Origin: a virus
Taxonomy: Duplodnaviria; Caudoviricetes
DNA length: 64,000 bases
Reading direction: 5' to 3' (one strand)
Virus record (IMG/VR): IMGVR_UViG_2616644925_000001
Location: 28,537 to 92,536 of that record
Part shown: positions 19,187-29,404 of the stretch, piece by piece
How positions within the stretch are numbered: position 1 is the stretch's first letter
Layout of the letters: each line of letters opens with the position of its first letter
Made by a program: the position numbers and the translations under genes
Notes under the pieces: generated by a model
Seen by the model: the letters and a program-made list of their open reading frames with translations, nothing else
Databases searched by the model: none
What the model was told of the DNA's origin: nothing

Positions 19187-19664
19187 GGCTTAACTCCGGT
19201 GATTTAAAGGTGTAATGGCGGCGCTTACGGACAGAGTTCTCATAGAGAGGGACATCTGTGTACTCCACCAGCCCGCGTGCAATCAGTTTCTTTACGGACT
19301 GCAGGAATAGGGAATGGCTTACATCAAACTCCTGGCGTACCTGTCTGGCGGTGATGAACCGGTTCCGATCGAGCAGCATCAGAATGTACTCTTCGGTCTT
19401 CCCCATTTTCAGGGGCGTCAGTCTGGCGGCATACGCGGGAGTCACCGCCAGGCTGTACTCGTTATCAATGGATCGCGTAATCAGTCCGTTTTTCAGAAGG
19501 TCCAGCAGCGTTCCCCGGATGACGTGCGTTGACGTGTCCGGCAGGGCGCGGGTAAAGCGGCGGCGCGTGGCGATACACTCATCTTTCAACAGCATCAGCA
19601 CAGCTGAGGCCGTTTCCGGATATCGGGCGCGAAAAACTTTAAGTTTTGGTAAAAGGCGCTTCAA
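19173..19664 (-). CDS. Tandem winged-helix DNA-binding protein
   Basis: Two wHTH-like halves (LLDLLKNGLI; VKKLIARGLV). Confidence 0.6.
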   Translation of the reverse strand: MKRLLPKLKVFRARYPETASAVLMLLKDECIATRRRFTRALPDTSTHVIRGTLLDLLKNGLITRSIDNEYSLAVTPAYAARLTPLKMGKTEEYILMLLDRNRFITARQVRQEFDVSHSLFLQSVKKLIARGLVEYTDVPLYENSVRKRRHYTFKSPELSHASN

Positions 19665-19771
19665 TGTTCTGTTATCCTTGCCATTGGTTTATTTCGGATA
19701 CCTACATCCAGTGGTTAACGTTTGAACCAGAACGAACGGAATAAGGGAGCCAGTAATGGTTCCCTTTTTCT

Positions 19772-20230
19772 TTAGCCCTGCGTCCACTTCTCGCCCGTAT
19801 CAACGCACACCACGCCGTGACACACGCGCCCCTGATCCAGCCTGAAGGCCATGCCGCCCAGCTTGCTGCGCCTGCGGCAGAACTGCGCGCCTGACAGATA
19901 GGCATGCGGCACGACAGACTCGATCGCGCCTTCCTCGGTACACTGACCGTCCTCAACGTCGGCATAGCCACGCGCAAACTCACTGAGCACTTCGCGCCGG
20001 TCTTCAAAGCGAATGATTTCGCCGTGGTCCGGATCGCGGGCGTACTCGATCGCGCCATATTTAACGAGAGATGCGACGGTTTTGGGGTGCCTGAATATTT
20101 CCTCGCCCCAGTACTGACCGGTGCAGGAATCGACGTAGGAGCCGCTGGAATAAGTGCCGATAGGGTTAGAGACATCGTGTGCCATTGCCACAGCCACGAA
20201 GAAGTTAACGACGTTGCCGGTAACAGACAT
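19772..20230 (-). CDS. Hypothetical protein
   Basis: 152 aa, coupled to the upstream ORF. Confidence 0.65.
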   Translation of the reverse strand: MSVTGNVVNFFVAVAMAHDVSNPIGTYSSGSYVDSCTGQYWGEEIFRHPKTVASLVKYGAIEYARDPDHGEIIRFEDRREVLSEFARGYADVEDGQCTEEGAIESVVPHAYLSGAQFCRRRSKLGGMAFRLDQGRVCHGVVCVDTGEKWTQG

Positions 20231-20562
20231 TATTTCCCCGAAAAGAGCCGTTCCCGGCTGCTTAAGGTGTTGGTTTCCTGCCGGGTGAAAGCGCGGTCCA
20301 CCAGCCCGACAACTGCGGCAAATTCACTTCTGAAATACTCCAGTAGTTTATTTGCAGCGCGGTCGGTGATGTTTTCCACGTAGTAGCAGGCGCTATATTG
20401 GTCGATCCTGGGTTTTTCGAGGGTCAGTAGTGGTGCGGCTTCTGACAGCGTAGACACGCCATATTCCACCAGCGCCACTCCGCCGCGCTCGATGGCGGTA
20501 AAGGTCAGCTGGTGGCCGTCAATGGAAAACGTGCGCGTAAGTAAGATTTGTTGTCTGGCCAT
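20230..20562 (-). CDS. Hypothetical protein
   Basis: 110 aa, downstream of cre. Confidence 0.65.
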   Translation of the reverse strand: MARQQILLTRTFSIDGHQLTFTAIERGGVALVEYGVSTLSEAAPLLTLEKPRIDQYSACYYVENITDRAANKLLEYFRSEFAAVVGLVDRAFTRQETNTLSSRERLFSGK

Positions 20563-20655
20563 CGGTATTCGCAGGATGCGGGATGGCCCGAATTGTGGGG
20601 GATAAATGATGACGTTACAATTATTATTTCTTTAGATTTTAATAAATCTAATTCT

Positions 20656-21687
20656 CTATTCTCCGTCAAGTATGCCCGACATTTTTCCTTTCTGACTTTC
20701 AGAGCGGCGAAGGTAGCGCATAACGGTTTTTGGATCCTGCCAGGTGCCTTCCTGCATTATCTGAGTAATCGTCGCGTCTCGTTCGGCCATATCCATCGCG
20801 GCACCCACGCGGGCGCTATGGCCGGACCATTTGGCGTACCGGCCTTTATTGTCCTGGACCGGCTCTTTTCCCAGCAGATCCCATGCGTCTTTGAAAATCT
20901 TCTCGGTCGCCGGTGCTGACATTGGCTTTTCAGAGACGCCAGCCGTGTTGTTGTGGCGGACCGGACCGAAAACCATCGCGTCCGGGTGATGAATCAGCCC
21001 GGACAGCTCCAGCCAGTGCATCAGATGACCGGCAGCGGCGCGGCTTAGGTGCTTTATCACGCCCGCGGCCGTCACCATCGTTTTAGTGTGGGACAGGTTG
21101 ATCACCACATGGCCGCTATCGCTGATATCCAGGTCGCGCACCCGGATACGGCTGAGCTCGGACATACGGCACAGGGTGTTGTATGCCACAAACAGGAACG
21201 CCAGATTGCGCTGATCGGTCAGCCGGTCGGAGCGGCCCATGAGGTGCGACAGCAGCTGCAGGTCCGGCAGGCGGAACGGCACAGCCTGGCCGGTGCGTTC
21301 ACCCTGCAAAACGGCCTCGCGCCGGATGCGCTTCATGGATCGTTTCAGGTCCACGCTTCCCCGGAGGTCCGGCAGGCCGCTTTCCCGGCACAGCATGTTC
21401 ATCATGGCATAGTGCTTGTCGATCGTGCTCGATGCCAGACCGCTTTCTGCCATTTGCAGAAAGTACTCCCGCGCCAGCTCCGGGTCGATCGGCAGATAGC
21501 CCACGTCGCGCTCGTTACACCAGAAGGCCCAGCGCCGGATAACAGATAACAGGTCGCGGAAAGTATTCTCGGAATAAGCGGCCTTATCTGCGATAAATCT
21601 GCGCAGATTATTTGCAATGTCTTCCGGCGTTAATTGCGTTAATTCAGCCGGGAGTGCGCCGGTCTTTATTTGAGCCAGATGTTTCAT
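20656..21687 (-). CDS. cre: Cre-family tyrosine recombinase (Panto/Dre-like)
   Basis: AYNTLCRMSEL (R), HTKT (K), WSGHSARVG (HxxR), GTW, VMRY; P1 synteny with c1/pacB. Confidence 0.93.
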   Translation of the reverse strand: MKHLAQIKTGALPAELTQLTPEDIANNLRRFIADKAAYSENTFRDLLSVIRRWAFWCNERDVGYLPIDPELAREYFLQMAESGLASSTIDKHYAMMNMLCRESGLPDLRGSVDLKRSMKRIRREAVLQGERTGQAVPFRLPDLQLLSHLMGRSDRLTDQRNLAFLFVAYNTLCRMSELSRIRVRDLDISDSGHVVINLSHTKTMVTAAGVIKHLSRAAAGHLMHWLELSGLIHHPDAMVFGPVRHNNTAGVSEKPMSAPATEKIFKDAWDLLGKEPVQDNKGRYAKWSGHSARVGAAMDMAERDATITQIMQEGTWQDPKTVMRYLRRSESQKGKMSGILDGE

Positions 21688-21877
21688 TTTTATATTTCAC
21701 CCTAAATCAGAGAGACAACGCTACGCAAAATCTACGAAAACCGCAGGGGTGTGATGCGTCAGATTTCACGTAGCGACGCCAGGTGCAGGACCGCTCAGAA
21801 AGTAGACACTTTGCCAGCGGCTCCGGCTATCTGATCATTTGATCATCAACCACTGATCAAGCATACATGAAATGAGG

Positions 21878-21911
21878 GAAACTTTATATAACACTTATTA
21901 TTTAAAGTTTC
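21878..21911 (-). other. lox-like recombination site (pox/rox-like, 34 bp)
   Basis: GAAACTTTAAATA-ATAAGTGT-TATATAAAGTTTC: 13-bp arms and 8-bp spacer upstream of cre. Confidence 0.85.
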
Positions 21912-22298
21912 CTATTTTGACACTTTTTGACCAGTGACTACCTGCAAGAGTAGCTAAATCGAAAAATTTGCAAATTCGTTACGTTATTGTAGGTGATCGA
22001 CACCATGCCTTCATATATGATCATTTGGCATGCAATTTAATTGCCTATGGTAACTATTATCGGTTGGGATCATTGTCCCAGGCGCTTTGCAGCTGATACC
22101 TGTTACACAATCCTGAACACACAGTTTCGTTAATTGGCGTGTACAGCAGAAATATCTGACAGATGCACATTGCAGACTATTCTTATTATTGCAATTCTAA
22201 GGAGAGTTGATTTTACATGGCTACTGATTCTGTCTATATTCGCCTGCATTAAGTCCAGAGAGACTTGTACCGCTCATTAATATTTTTGGAATACAATT

Positions 22299-23378
22299 AT
22301 GCCTAACTTCAGCGATGTAGAATTTGAGAAGCGTTATAAACATTTTCTACAGGTACAGACCGAGTGGCTGACTCTCATCACGGACAACCTGATTTTCATT
22401 GATAAAAACGCCCTGGGCGAAGAATGCCGCCCGATCGGCTTTATCACTGACAAGAAGACCTTTCAGCGCGCAGAGCATCTGCTGGCAGACTGGCAGAGCT
22501 TTGCCGACCTGGCTGAAGAGAAGCGCCAGGCGCGCTCTATCGCGATCACGACGAACCTTTACCTTCCGGTGCCGACCCTGATCATAGAGCCGAAGCACGT
22601 TACGATTAACCGCTTCCGTGCAACAGCGACCGCGAACCACACCCGCGAAGATATCCTGAAGCGCTATGAGAAGCAGATCGGCAAGCTGCGCAAGGTTCCG
22701 TTCGCTGCCGGTGCCATCATGTCGCTGGAAGATGAAATGAAGGCGTTTGAAGCCGCCGCTCCTGGCGCAATGTACCGCGCCCGCACCAGCAACTACTCTG
22801 ACATTCAGGTGACTGCGCGCTACACCGACGACAAAAAAGACGAAGGCGAATCGTTCCGTTATGGCGCGCATGGCATGCTCATCTACGGTGAGAACCTGAA
22901 TAAAGAGCGTGATATCAAGCTGAACGTTAACAGCAATGGCGGTTACACGTCCTCTTACGACGTGATCTCACCAGTAGCATGCTCAGTACTGCCGAATGCC
23001 AAGTTGTACACGATGGAAGACGTGGATTACAGCAAGCAGCTGGCCGCGCAGCGTTCCTCTGTGGCCTACACAGTGAACACGCGCCGCGCTCAGTTTGAGA
23101 ACAGGGCAAAGGCTAAGATTGCGAAGGCAAAAGACGCAGGTGAAGCACGTCTGTTTAAGGCTGAAATAGACGAGAACCGCGACCTGTTGGAAAAGCTGGA
23201 AGCATACGACTGGGCGCTGCTGGAGAAGAAGGTAGCAGCAGGCGACACCGAACAGCTGACCATGCCAGAGATCCGCAAGCGCTATGGCGGCGAAGAGCCA
23301 CGCGCTGGTAAGAACATGCGCAATATGTACAGCCTGCTGCGTGAGCTGGAAAGTAACCTGAAAAATCAGGGCAAATAA
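22299..23378 (+). CDS. c1: C1-like primary repressor
   Basis: Colinear similarity to P1 C1 (LPVP.L, S.YD.I.P..C..P.AK.Y...D); lies between cre and pacB. Confidence 0.8.
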   Translation: MPNFSDVEFEKRYKHFLQVQTEWLTLITDNLIFIDKNALGEECRPIGFITDKKTFQRAEHLLADWQSFADLAEEKRQARSIAITTNLYLPVPTLIIEPKHVTINRFRATATANHTREDILKRYEKQIGKLRKVPFAAGAIMSLEDEMKAFEAAAPGAMYRARTSNYSDIQVTARYTDDKKDEGESFRYGAHGMLIYGENLNKERDIKLNVNSNGGYTSSYDVISPVACSVLPNAKLYTMEDVDYSKQLAAQRSSVAYTVNTRRAQFENRAKAKIAKAKDAGEARLFKAEIDENRDLLEKLEAYDWALLEKKVAAGDTEQLTMPEIRKRYGGEEPRAGKNMRNMYSLLRELESNLKNQGK

Positions 23379-23411
23379 CAGTCGGTATTCTGCCACCAGC
23401 AGGTAAAACAG

Positions 23412-23436
23412 AAGGGCGCATAAGCGCCCTTTTTTA
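23412..23436 (+). terminator. Intrinsic terminator after c1
   Basis: AAGGGCGC-ATAA-GCGCCCTTTTTTT. Confidence 0.75.
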
Positions 23437-23504
23437 TGCCCGTAAATCAGCCACTTTGACTAATTCTCATTCGTTTACTGACTACAGTGGTTGCCTGCTG
23501 GTGG

Positions 23505-25016
23505 TCAGGCCAGCAGCGCATCCAGTTCCGATAGTTCATCCAGTTTGCTCTGCGTGAAGTCGGCCATATCTTCACTCAGTTCGGCTTCTGCCGGACGGTA
23601 GCCGATCAGGAAAATGAAGCAGTAAGTATCCCATCGGTCAGGCGACTTGATATTGAGTTTCTGGCGCATCTGCGGCTTCGGCACCATCATGATTCGCCCC
23701 ATTTCATCCATGAAGTACGGAATCTTTGAAGCCTGCTCTGCGGTGTGCTGCGAGATATCAATGCGCATCCGGCCCGAACGGATCGCGTCAGCAGCCATGA
23801 TGTTCGACCAGGCGCGCTGGTTCTTGAATCGCTCTCTCACCTTCTTACTAAAAGGTGGCTGGCCCCAGCGGATGCTGACTGCGTTCACGCCCCGGCGCTC
23901 TAGCTGCTTTAGCGTACCTGAACCCACGCCGTCACCATCCACGGCAATGGTGATGCCCGGATAACGCTCCTGGGTGCATTCGTTGGCGATGTAGTCACCG
24001 AACGATATCGGGTCCATTGTGCCGGGCATTTCCAGCAGCTTGAACGACACGACGCGGCGCGCATCGCCGTACCCGGATACCTTGCAGATATTGAGGATCG
24101 ACTTATCGCGCCCGTTACCGACGTCGGCGGTAGCCACCCACCCCCAGCCCTTCTCCAGATACACTTTCCGGCGCGCTGCGCGATCGCACTCGTCACGCCC
24201 CAGCAGATATCCGCTGACGTTGCGCGGGAAGCGGCCCAGCACCTTCACCATGTATTCCAGAGAGTCACGCCCGCCGTACTCCACCAGCTTTTCGCGGATG
24301 AATTTCAGGGTAACGTGCGGCGCTTCCTCGGAGTTGAGCACAATGGCATTCCAGAAGCCGTTAGGGTTATCCGGGTGTCTGGCTAACGAATGGTGCGAAT
24401 CATAGAAGTAACCACTGGGGCGTGTAGGCTGCGACATCATCAGCATACGGTTATCTTCTTCTGTCAGCGCACCACGCATGATAGCGATCGCTTTATCAGA
24501 GATGCCCGACGCCTCATCGAGAATCAGCAGAATGTGTGCGGCGTGCTCACCAGCCAGCGCTTCCTCGTTACCTAGGCGATAGCCCTTACAGAGCACCTCC
24601 CAGATGCCCTTACGCGACTTCTCATAAAACATGGTGTCGGTCAGGGTGAAGTAGTTCTGAAGCCACGGGTGACGTCTGGCGGCGTTCGCCCAGTAGGTTT
24701 TGACGTACTTGAATACGCCGGTCTTAACCTGCCCGATTTTGTTGGCCACGATGATTACGCGGGCATCCGGGTACATGATCATGTAGATCAGCAGCATCAT
24801 GGCCGTCAGGGATGATTTACCCGTACCATGCCCGGACGTGACGGTTGTCTGGCTCCCCGTCTCCTGCACAGAGTTCATGATCTCTTCCTGCTGCCAAGTG
24901 GGGATCATGCCAAATAGCTCAACGACGGCCAGCGCCCAGTTATAGCGGTAGCGGATAACCATATCGCGCCAGCGCGGGTCCGTGGTGACGCTCTTTATGC
25001 GCTTCTTACCGCTCAT
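23505..25016 (-). CDS. pacB: Terminase large subunit PacB
   Basis: SGHGTGKS Walker A, LILDEASG Walker B, ADVG and SPDRWD nuclease motifs. Confidence 0.92.
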   Translation of the reverse strand: MSGKKRIKSVTTDPRWRDMVIRYRYNWALAVVELFGMIPTWQQEEIMNSVQETGSQTTVTSGHGTGKSSLTAMMLLIYMIMYPDARVIIVANKIGQVKTGVFKYVKTYWANAARRHPWLQNYFTLTDTMFYEKSRKGIWEVLCKGYRLGNEEALAGEHAAHILLILDEASGISDKAIAIMRGALTEEDNRMLMMSQPTRPSGYFYDSHHSLARHPDNPNGFWNAIVLNSEEAPHVTLKFIREKLVEYGGRDSLEYMVKVLGRFPRNVSGYLLGRDECDRAARRKVYLEKGWGWVATADVGNGRDKSILNICKVSGYGDARRVVSFKLLEMPGTMDPISFGDYIANECTQERYPGITIAVDGDGVGSGTLKQLERRGVNAVSIRWGQPPFSKKVRERFKNQRAWSNIMAADAIRSGRMRIDISQHTAEQASKIPYFMDEMGRIMMVPKPQMRQKLNIKSPDRWDTYCFIFLIGYRPAEAELSEDMADFTQSKLDELSELDALLA

Positions 25017-26293
25017 CAGGCTTCATCCTCGCCTGGTATGACGTCTATCTCTGGCGGTACATCATCGTCATCATCACCGTACAGCTCCGCCGTGGCCATA
25101 AAGTCAAAGTTGCCTGTGAGATTGCCCTCGCCCGTTGTTTCGCCGGCGCGGTTCTCTCCGTCCGCCTGGACGTCACCAAATCCTCCGCCATCAACCAGCG
25201 CCGCGACCGCTGCGCGCCGTTCCTCAACAAAGGCCGCGCTGGTGGCCTGCTGTTCACGGAATTTCCGCGCATCCCGGTCCAGCTGATCCTCACTGACCGC
25301 CCCGGATTCATCAACTGGCGGCTCAGCATTCTTGAGCTCGTTCTCAAGGCGTCTGGACAGCGACTCTGGCAGCTTAATGCCGTGCCGCTCGATGTACTCG
25401 GCCGTCTCAAGTAAATCCCAGTCTTTTTCCTCGCGCAGCTGGTACGCACGGCTGATCACCTCACCGGCGTTATGCGTCAGCGCATGCTTCTCATTGTCGC
25501 GCCGGTTCTTATCGGTGCCGCTGGCGATCGCCGCCACCCGCGTAGCGTGGTCATTGACCAGATAACCGACCTCGATCATCAGCTTGGTCATCTTCAGGAT
25601 GGGGTGCGGCCCGCCGCCGCCCTCGTCATCATCCTTTTTGCCGCCGTTCTTCAGGTTGTCGGCTTCAATCTCAAACAGTTCGACCGCCCGCGCCGTGGTG
25701 CGCTTCAGCAGGTCCATGTGTGCCAGCGAGTCAAACAGCACCGTCATGGCGCTGGCTTCCACGCCCTCGCCCAGCACCTCTAACGCTGATTCGTAATCCT
25801 CCGGCCGCGGGTAGCCGCGCCGATTGGCCACCAGCTTAGTTTCATGCCCCTCTTCAAACGGTTTGCCCTCTCCGCGGGGCTTCGGGGTGTGCTTCGGGCG
25901 CCCGGAATACTGATCACCGGCATTTATGATCTTTTTGGCATGTGAAGCATTGGGCTTTTTCTTCGCGCCTGGCTGCGCTGCTGCGTCAGCGCGTGGTTCC
26001 AGCACCCCCTCTAAAGCCGCACTGTGCCTGACTTTGCGCCCGTTTCTGCGGATGATCAGGTCTTCTTTTTTGGTGTGATCATTTTGATGATCAGAAGCGT
26101 GATCACTCGAATGATCATGATTGTGATCACCAGCCTGATCACGCATCGCGGCCAGCGCTTTGCCGTTCAGCTCCCGGCGTGCAGTGTTAAACGGCAGACC
26201 GTAGTGCTCACAGTACTCTTTGACGGTTATCCCGTTCTGCGCCTTCTGCTCGATGAAGGCTTTTCTGTGGTCATCCCAGTTAACTTTGGACAT
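25016..26293 (-). CDS. pacA: Terminase small subunit PacA
   Basis: WDDH...Y.L.FNTARR HTH; AEYIE.HG.K.P; contains pac hexamers; coupled to pacB. Confidence 0.85.
   Translation of the reverse strand: MSKVNWDDHRKAFIEQKAQNGITVKEYCEHYGLPFNTARRELNGKALAAMRDQAGDHNHDHSSDHASDHQNDHTKKEDLIIRRNGRKVRHSAALEGVLEPRADAAAQPGAKKKPNASHAKKIINAGDQYSGRPKHTPKPRGEGKPFEEGHETKLVANRRGYPRPEDYESALEVLGEGVEASAMTVLFDSLAHMDLLKRTTARAVELFEIEADNLKNGGKKDDDEGGGGPHPILKMTKLMIEVGYLVNDHATRVAAIASGTDKNRRDNEKHALTHNAGEVISRAYQLREEKDWDLLETAEYIERHGIKLPESLSRRLENELKNAEPPVDESGAVSEDQLDRDARKFREQQATSAAFVEERRAAVAALVDGGGFGDVQADGENRAGETTGEGNLTGNFDFMATAELYGDDDDDVPPEIDVIPGEDEA
26053..26141. other. pac site hexamer cluster (TGATCA)
   Basis: TGATCA at 26053, 26076, 26088, 26100, 26112, 26124, 26136, inside pacA as in P1. 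Confidence 0.75.
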
Positions 26294-26326
26294 GGTTTAT
26301 CGTTCAAAAGAGGCCAATGAACCGGG

Positions 26327-26347
26327 ATGGTATGGAGTCTGTAATTT
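26327..26347 (-). promoter_or_regulatory. Putative late promoter (pacA)
   Basis: AAATTACAGACTCCATACCAT; one of six copies of this motif. Confidence 0.7.
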
Positions 26348-26478
26348 GCAGTGATCACATTAATGATCATTATCGCAGCTAACGAGCCGTTTTAGTGCCT
26401 TACTAATGGACAAAACCGGAATATGTGGTACTTTGATTGCTCGTTCGCAGTATGAAATTAACCACTGGATAATATTAA

Positions 26479-27606
26479 ATGACTAAGAATAAAGCTGTTT
26501 TAGTGGCAGTAGACGCAGGCTCTGGCAACATTGCGCTGACTTACGCTGATGAAGTCTCAGGACGCTGGATCACCTCTGTGACCCCCTCACTGATACTGGA
26601 GGGCCACCAGCAGTCTTTCGCGGCTGAATCCCAGTCAACATGGCTGACAACGGATGCCAGCGGCAAAGAGCGCGCTTACACCGTCATGAAGAAAGGCTAT
26701 GACCTGTATGACACCTGTGACCCTAACTATCAGGTCTCACCTGCTCACCGCGTCCTGATTGCCGATGCACTGAACCGTGCTGGCCTCGGTGGCCGTGATG
26801 TGATCATTGGTGAAACATTGCCGGTGAACCAGTTTTATAGCGCTATGGGTGTGATTAATGAAGCCCGTATCCGTGAAAAGGTTGCCAGCCTGAAAACGCC
26901 TGTCACCAATTACCGCGACGGCAGCGAACCGGCTAACATCATTCACGTCGAAGTATTCCCTGAAGCCGTTCCTGCCATCGTTTCGGCACAGGCTGATAAT
27001 CCGGAGCTGGCCGACGCTGAGCAGACGCTGGTTGTAGACCTGGGACGCTTCACCTGTGATATCGCTCTCGTTGATAAAGACCTGATGCCTGTGAAGAAGG
27101 CCAGCTATGAGCACGGCGTTCAGAAGATGATTGAGCGCGTCCATGCGCTGCTGCCAGAATTTGAAGAAAAGCTGGGTAAATCGTTCGGCGCATCTGATCT
27201 CAGCGTCGATAGCGTGGATGCCATCATTCGTCAGGGTTATATCGGTTCCCGTCTGGAAAGCGCTAAATCGAAACGTATTGATATCAGCGAAGTCATCGAC
27301 CAGGCCGCATCTGAGCTGGCAGAGAAAATCTGGCAAGACGTGCGTGCGCTGCACCGTAATACCCGTGATGTTGACGTCGTGCTGGTTGTTGGTGGCGGCG
27401 CTAACTACATCGCAGGCAAGCTGCCAGGACTGACCGATCACACCGCTGACTGGCATGATGTTGTTGTTGTGCCGAATAACCCTGAAATGGCTATAGCGCG
27501 TGGCGTCTATCTGGCGCTGCAGGCCTCAGAGGCCGATATTCTGGCGGATATCAATAGTGCGGCGTCTGTCAGCGATATCCGTAGCCGGACCAACGAGAAG
27601 GGCTAA
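26479..27606 (+). CDS. parM: ParM/StbA actin-like partition ATPase
   Basis: AVDAGSGN, VFPEAVPA, VVDLGRFTCD, LVVGGGA. Confidence 0.88.
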   Translation: MTKNKAVLVAVDAGSGNIALTYADEVSGRWITSVTPSLILEGHQQSFAAESQSTWLTTDASGKERAYTVMKKGYDLYDTCDPNYQVSPAHRVLIADALNRAGLGGRDVIIGETLPVNQFYSAMGVINEARIREKVASLKTPVTNYRDGSEPANIIHVEVFPEAVPAIVSAQADNPELADAEQTLVVDLGRFTCDIALVDKDLMPVKKASYEHGVQKMIERVHALLPEFEEKLGKSFGASDLSVDSVDAIIRQGYIGSRLESAKSKRIDISEVIDQAASELAEKIWQDVRALHRNTRDVDVVLVVGGGANYIAGKLPGLTDHTADWHDVVVVPNNPEMAIARGVYLALQASEADILADINSAASVSDIRSRTNEKG

Positions 27607-27608
27607 CT

Positions 27609-28151
27609 ATGGCACAGGTGATTAAATTTACCGGGCTTGAGGAAGGCGGGCTTTTCAGCCGCTCTATGCTCGAAGACTACAACAAGCTGAAGACGAATCC
27701 CGCAAAACGCGCCTTTGTGATCAACGTCATTCGATCAGGCTATGCAGTCGAAATGATGGGCCTTGCACCAATCCTCGCGCTGATGGAAGAGACGTATGCT
27801 GATACGTTCATGACCATGACCAAGCGTGAGCGGCTGCAGCGCCTGCTTTCGCTAATCAGTGTCACGCTGGGTGAAACCACGCCGCCGACGCCTGGTATGC
27901 AGCCGGTACAGGCACCAGTGGCAGAACCAGCAGCCGCTGTCGTTGCAGCGCCACCAGCTGAGAAGGCTCAACCGGCACAGGCCGAGGATAATTCCAGCGA
28001 AGCCGCTCAACCAGCACAGGCCGAGAGTCAGCCGGAGGCGGTTAGAGTTACTCATAATGAGGATGACAATTCATCCATGCGCGTTGAAGAAGCACCCAAA
28101 GGTGTTGCATCGAGCGCCTTAAAGCTGCCACGCCACAGAGTTTCAGGCTAA
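27609..28151 (+). CDS. ParR/StbB-like adaptor
   Basis: Directly after parM; low-complexity C-terminal tail. Confidence 0.6.
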   Translation: MAQVIKFTGLEEGGLFSRSMLEDYNKLKTNPAKRAFVINVIRSGYAVEMMGLAPILALMEETYADTFMTMTKRERLQRLLSLISVTLGETTPPTPGMQPVQAPVAEPAAAVVAAPPAEKAQPAQAEDNSSEAAQPAQAESQPEAVRVTHNEDDNSSMRVEEAPKGVASSALKLPRHRVSG

Positions 28152-28166
28152 GTCGCTCTGCCCCGT

Positions 28167-28574
28167 TCACATGAGCGGGGCATTTTCCATTCTTCCCCGT
28201 CTGCACATATCCATCAATTCCCGCGCCAGCGCGCATATCGACAGCTGTTCCATTTCCTTCTTCTGCAGCACACGCTTTGTAGCGCTTTCCACACACAGCG
28301 AGTCGTAATTCAGATCCTTTCTTCCCCTCACCTTGAAAATGTAGCCGTTCATGGCCTCCAGACGATACTGCCGGGGATAGGCGTCGGGATGTACCCGGCA
28401 TTGTGCGAACGGCGAACGGACAAAGGAGCGCAGGATATTCGAGATAATGCCGGTATTAACCATCAGGTGCGGGTATTCCTCTTCCACCAGCTTAGTGACC
28501 TCGGCCACCGTCATATAGTCCTTCCTGCGAATTAACAGATCGGCCACCTCAATACTGCTCACCTTTTGTTCCAT
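28167..28574 (-). CDS. lpa: Late promoter activator Lpa-like (wHTH)
   Basis: wHTH-like pattern; P1 order pdcB-lpa-pacA; operator-like site at 28606. Confidence 0.6.
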   Translation of the reverse strand: MEQKVSSIEVADLLIRRKDYMTVAEVTKLVEEEYPHLMVNTGIISNILRSFVRSPFAQCRVHPDAYPRQYRLEAMNGYIFKVRGRKDLNYDSLCVESATKRVLQKKEMEQLSICALARELMDMCRRGRMENAPLM

Positions 28575-28926
28575 AGACTGCTCCGCTTTTAATCACTACA
28601 AGCAATTCTAAGGTTTGTATAATCAGCGCAAGGTTGAATGGCGTAAATATCGCCATTATTAGCAGGTATAAATGGGTTTTCAGGACGATTCCACGCATGC
28701 AGGATGCAGATCTTTACTGGCTGGTGGCTTTATCTGGAAATGATGACCGCAGTACGGACGGTATGAAATGACACACTCAGTGGCGCAATGCCGTGCCACA
28801 AAAAATTAAGTGAACAGCGGTATTTTCATGGTAAACCCGGATATTTTGCTTAGATTTTAAAAATTAACTTAAGAAAATATCCGTTTTTCAGCCCAATAAT
28901 GGCCCCCAGAGGGGGGCATGGCTTTT

Positions 28927-29394
28927 CTACTTTTTTCTGGGAGCTGTTTTTGAAAGCTTAGCCAACAGTGCTTCGTTTGCCGCCCTGGCAGAGTTCATCG
29001 CTGTAGGCGTTAAAGCACCCATTGTAGGATTTGTTGGTTGCGGGATGCGAGTTTTGTGTGCAGGAGCGCGAGCAAACCACTCATCTGTATAAAATATTTT
29101 TACTGTGTTAGCCAAATCAAACTTTGTATCATGCTGGAGCCCAGTGATAGCAAAGTCAGGGTCGGTAGTTGGAATAATGAACTCACCAACAAAGCACTTA
29201 CTTGTATTGGAGGTTCCATAAGCAACGATGACAGCATGGTTCGTTGGATCGTTAGCCAGCACTAAGGCAGGTCGTAGTTTGGCCGGAACGCCTGGCAAAT
29301 TATGGTTTTGAAACTTGCACCACACAATTGAGCCAGGCGTGGCCAGTGGGTGATAAGGATTAAAGGTAGTGCTATTTGAACTTTGAGCTGCCAT
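28927..29394 (-). CDS. PemK/MazF-like toxin
   Basis: PGSIVWCKF...K.RPALVL...VAYGTS...GL..DTKFDL; start at MAAQS after GGAG. Confidence 0.75.
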   Translation of the reverse strand: MAAQSSNSTTFNPYHPLATPGSIVWCKFQNHNLPGVPAKLRPALVLANDPTNHAVIVAYGTSNTSKCFVGEFIIPTTDPDFAITGLQHDTKFDLANTVKIFYTDEWFARAPAHKTRIPQPTNPTMGALTPTAMNSARAANEALLAKLSKTAPRKK

Positions 29395-29404
29395 TTTGTC
29401 TCCA

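Noticed and set aside
21912-22298. coi (C1 inactivator) expected by synteny
   Set aside because: No convincing ORF with an RBS found
26348-26478. parC centromere
   Set aside because: No clear direct-repeat array upstream of parM
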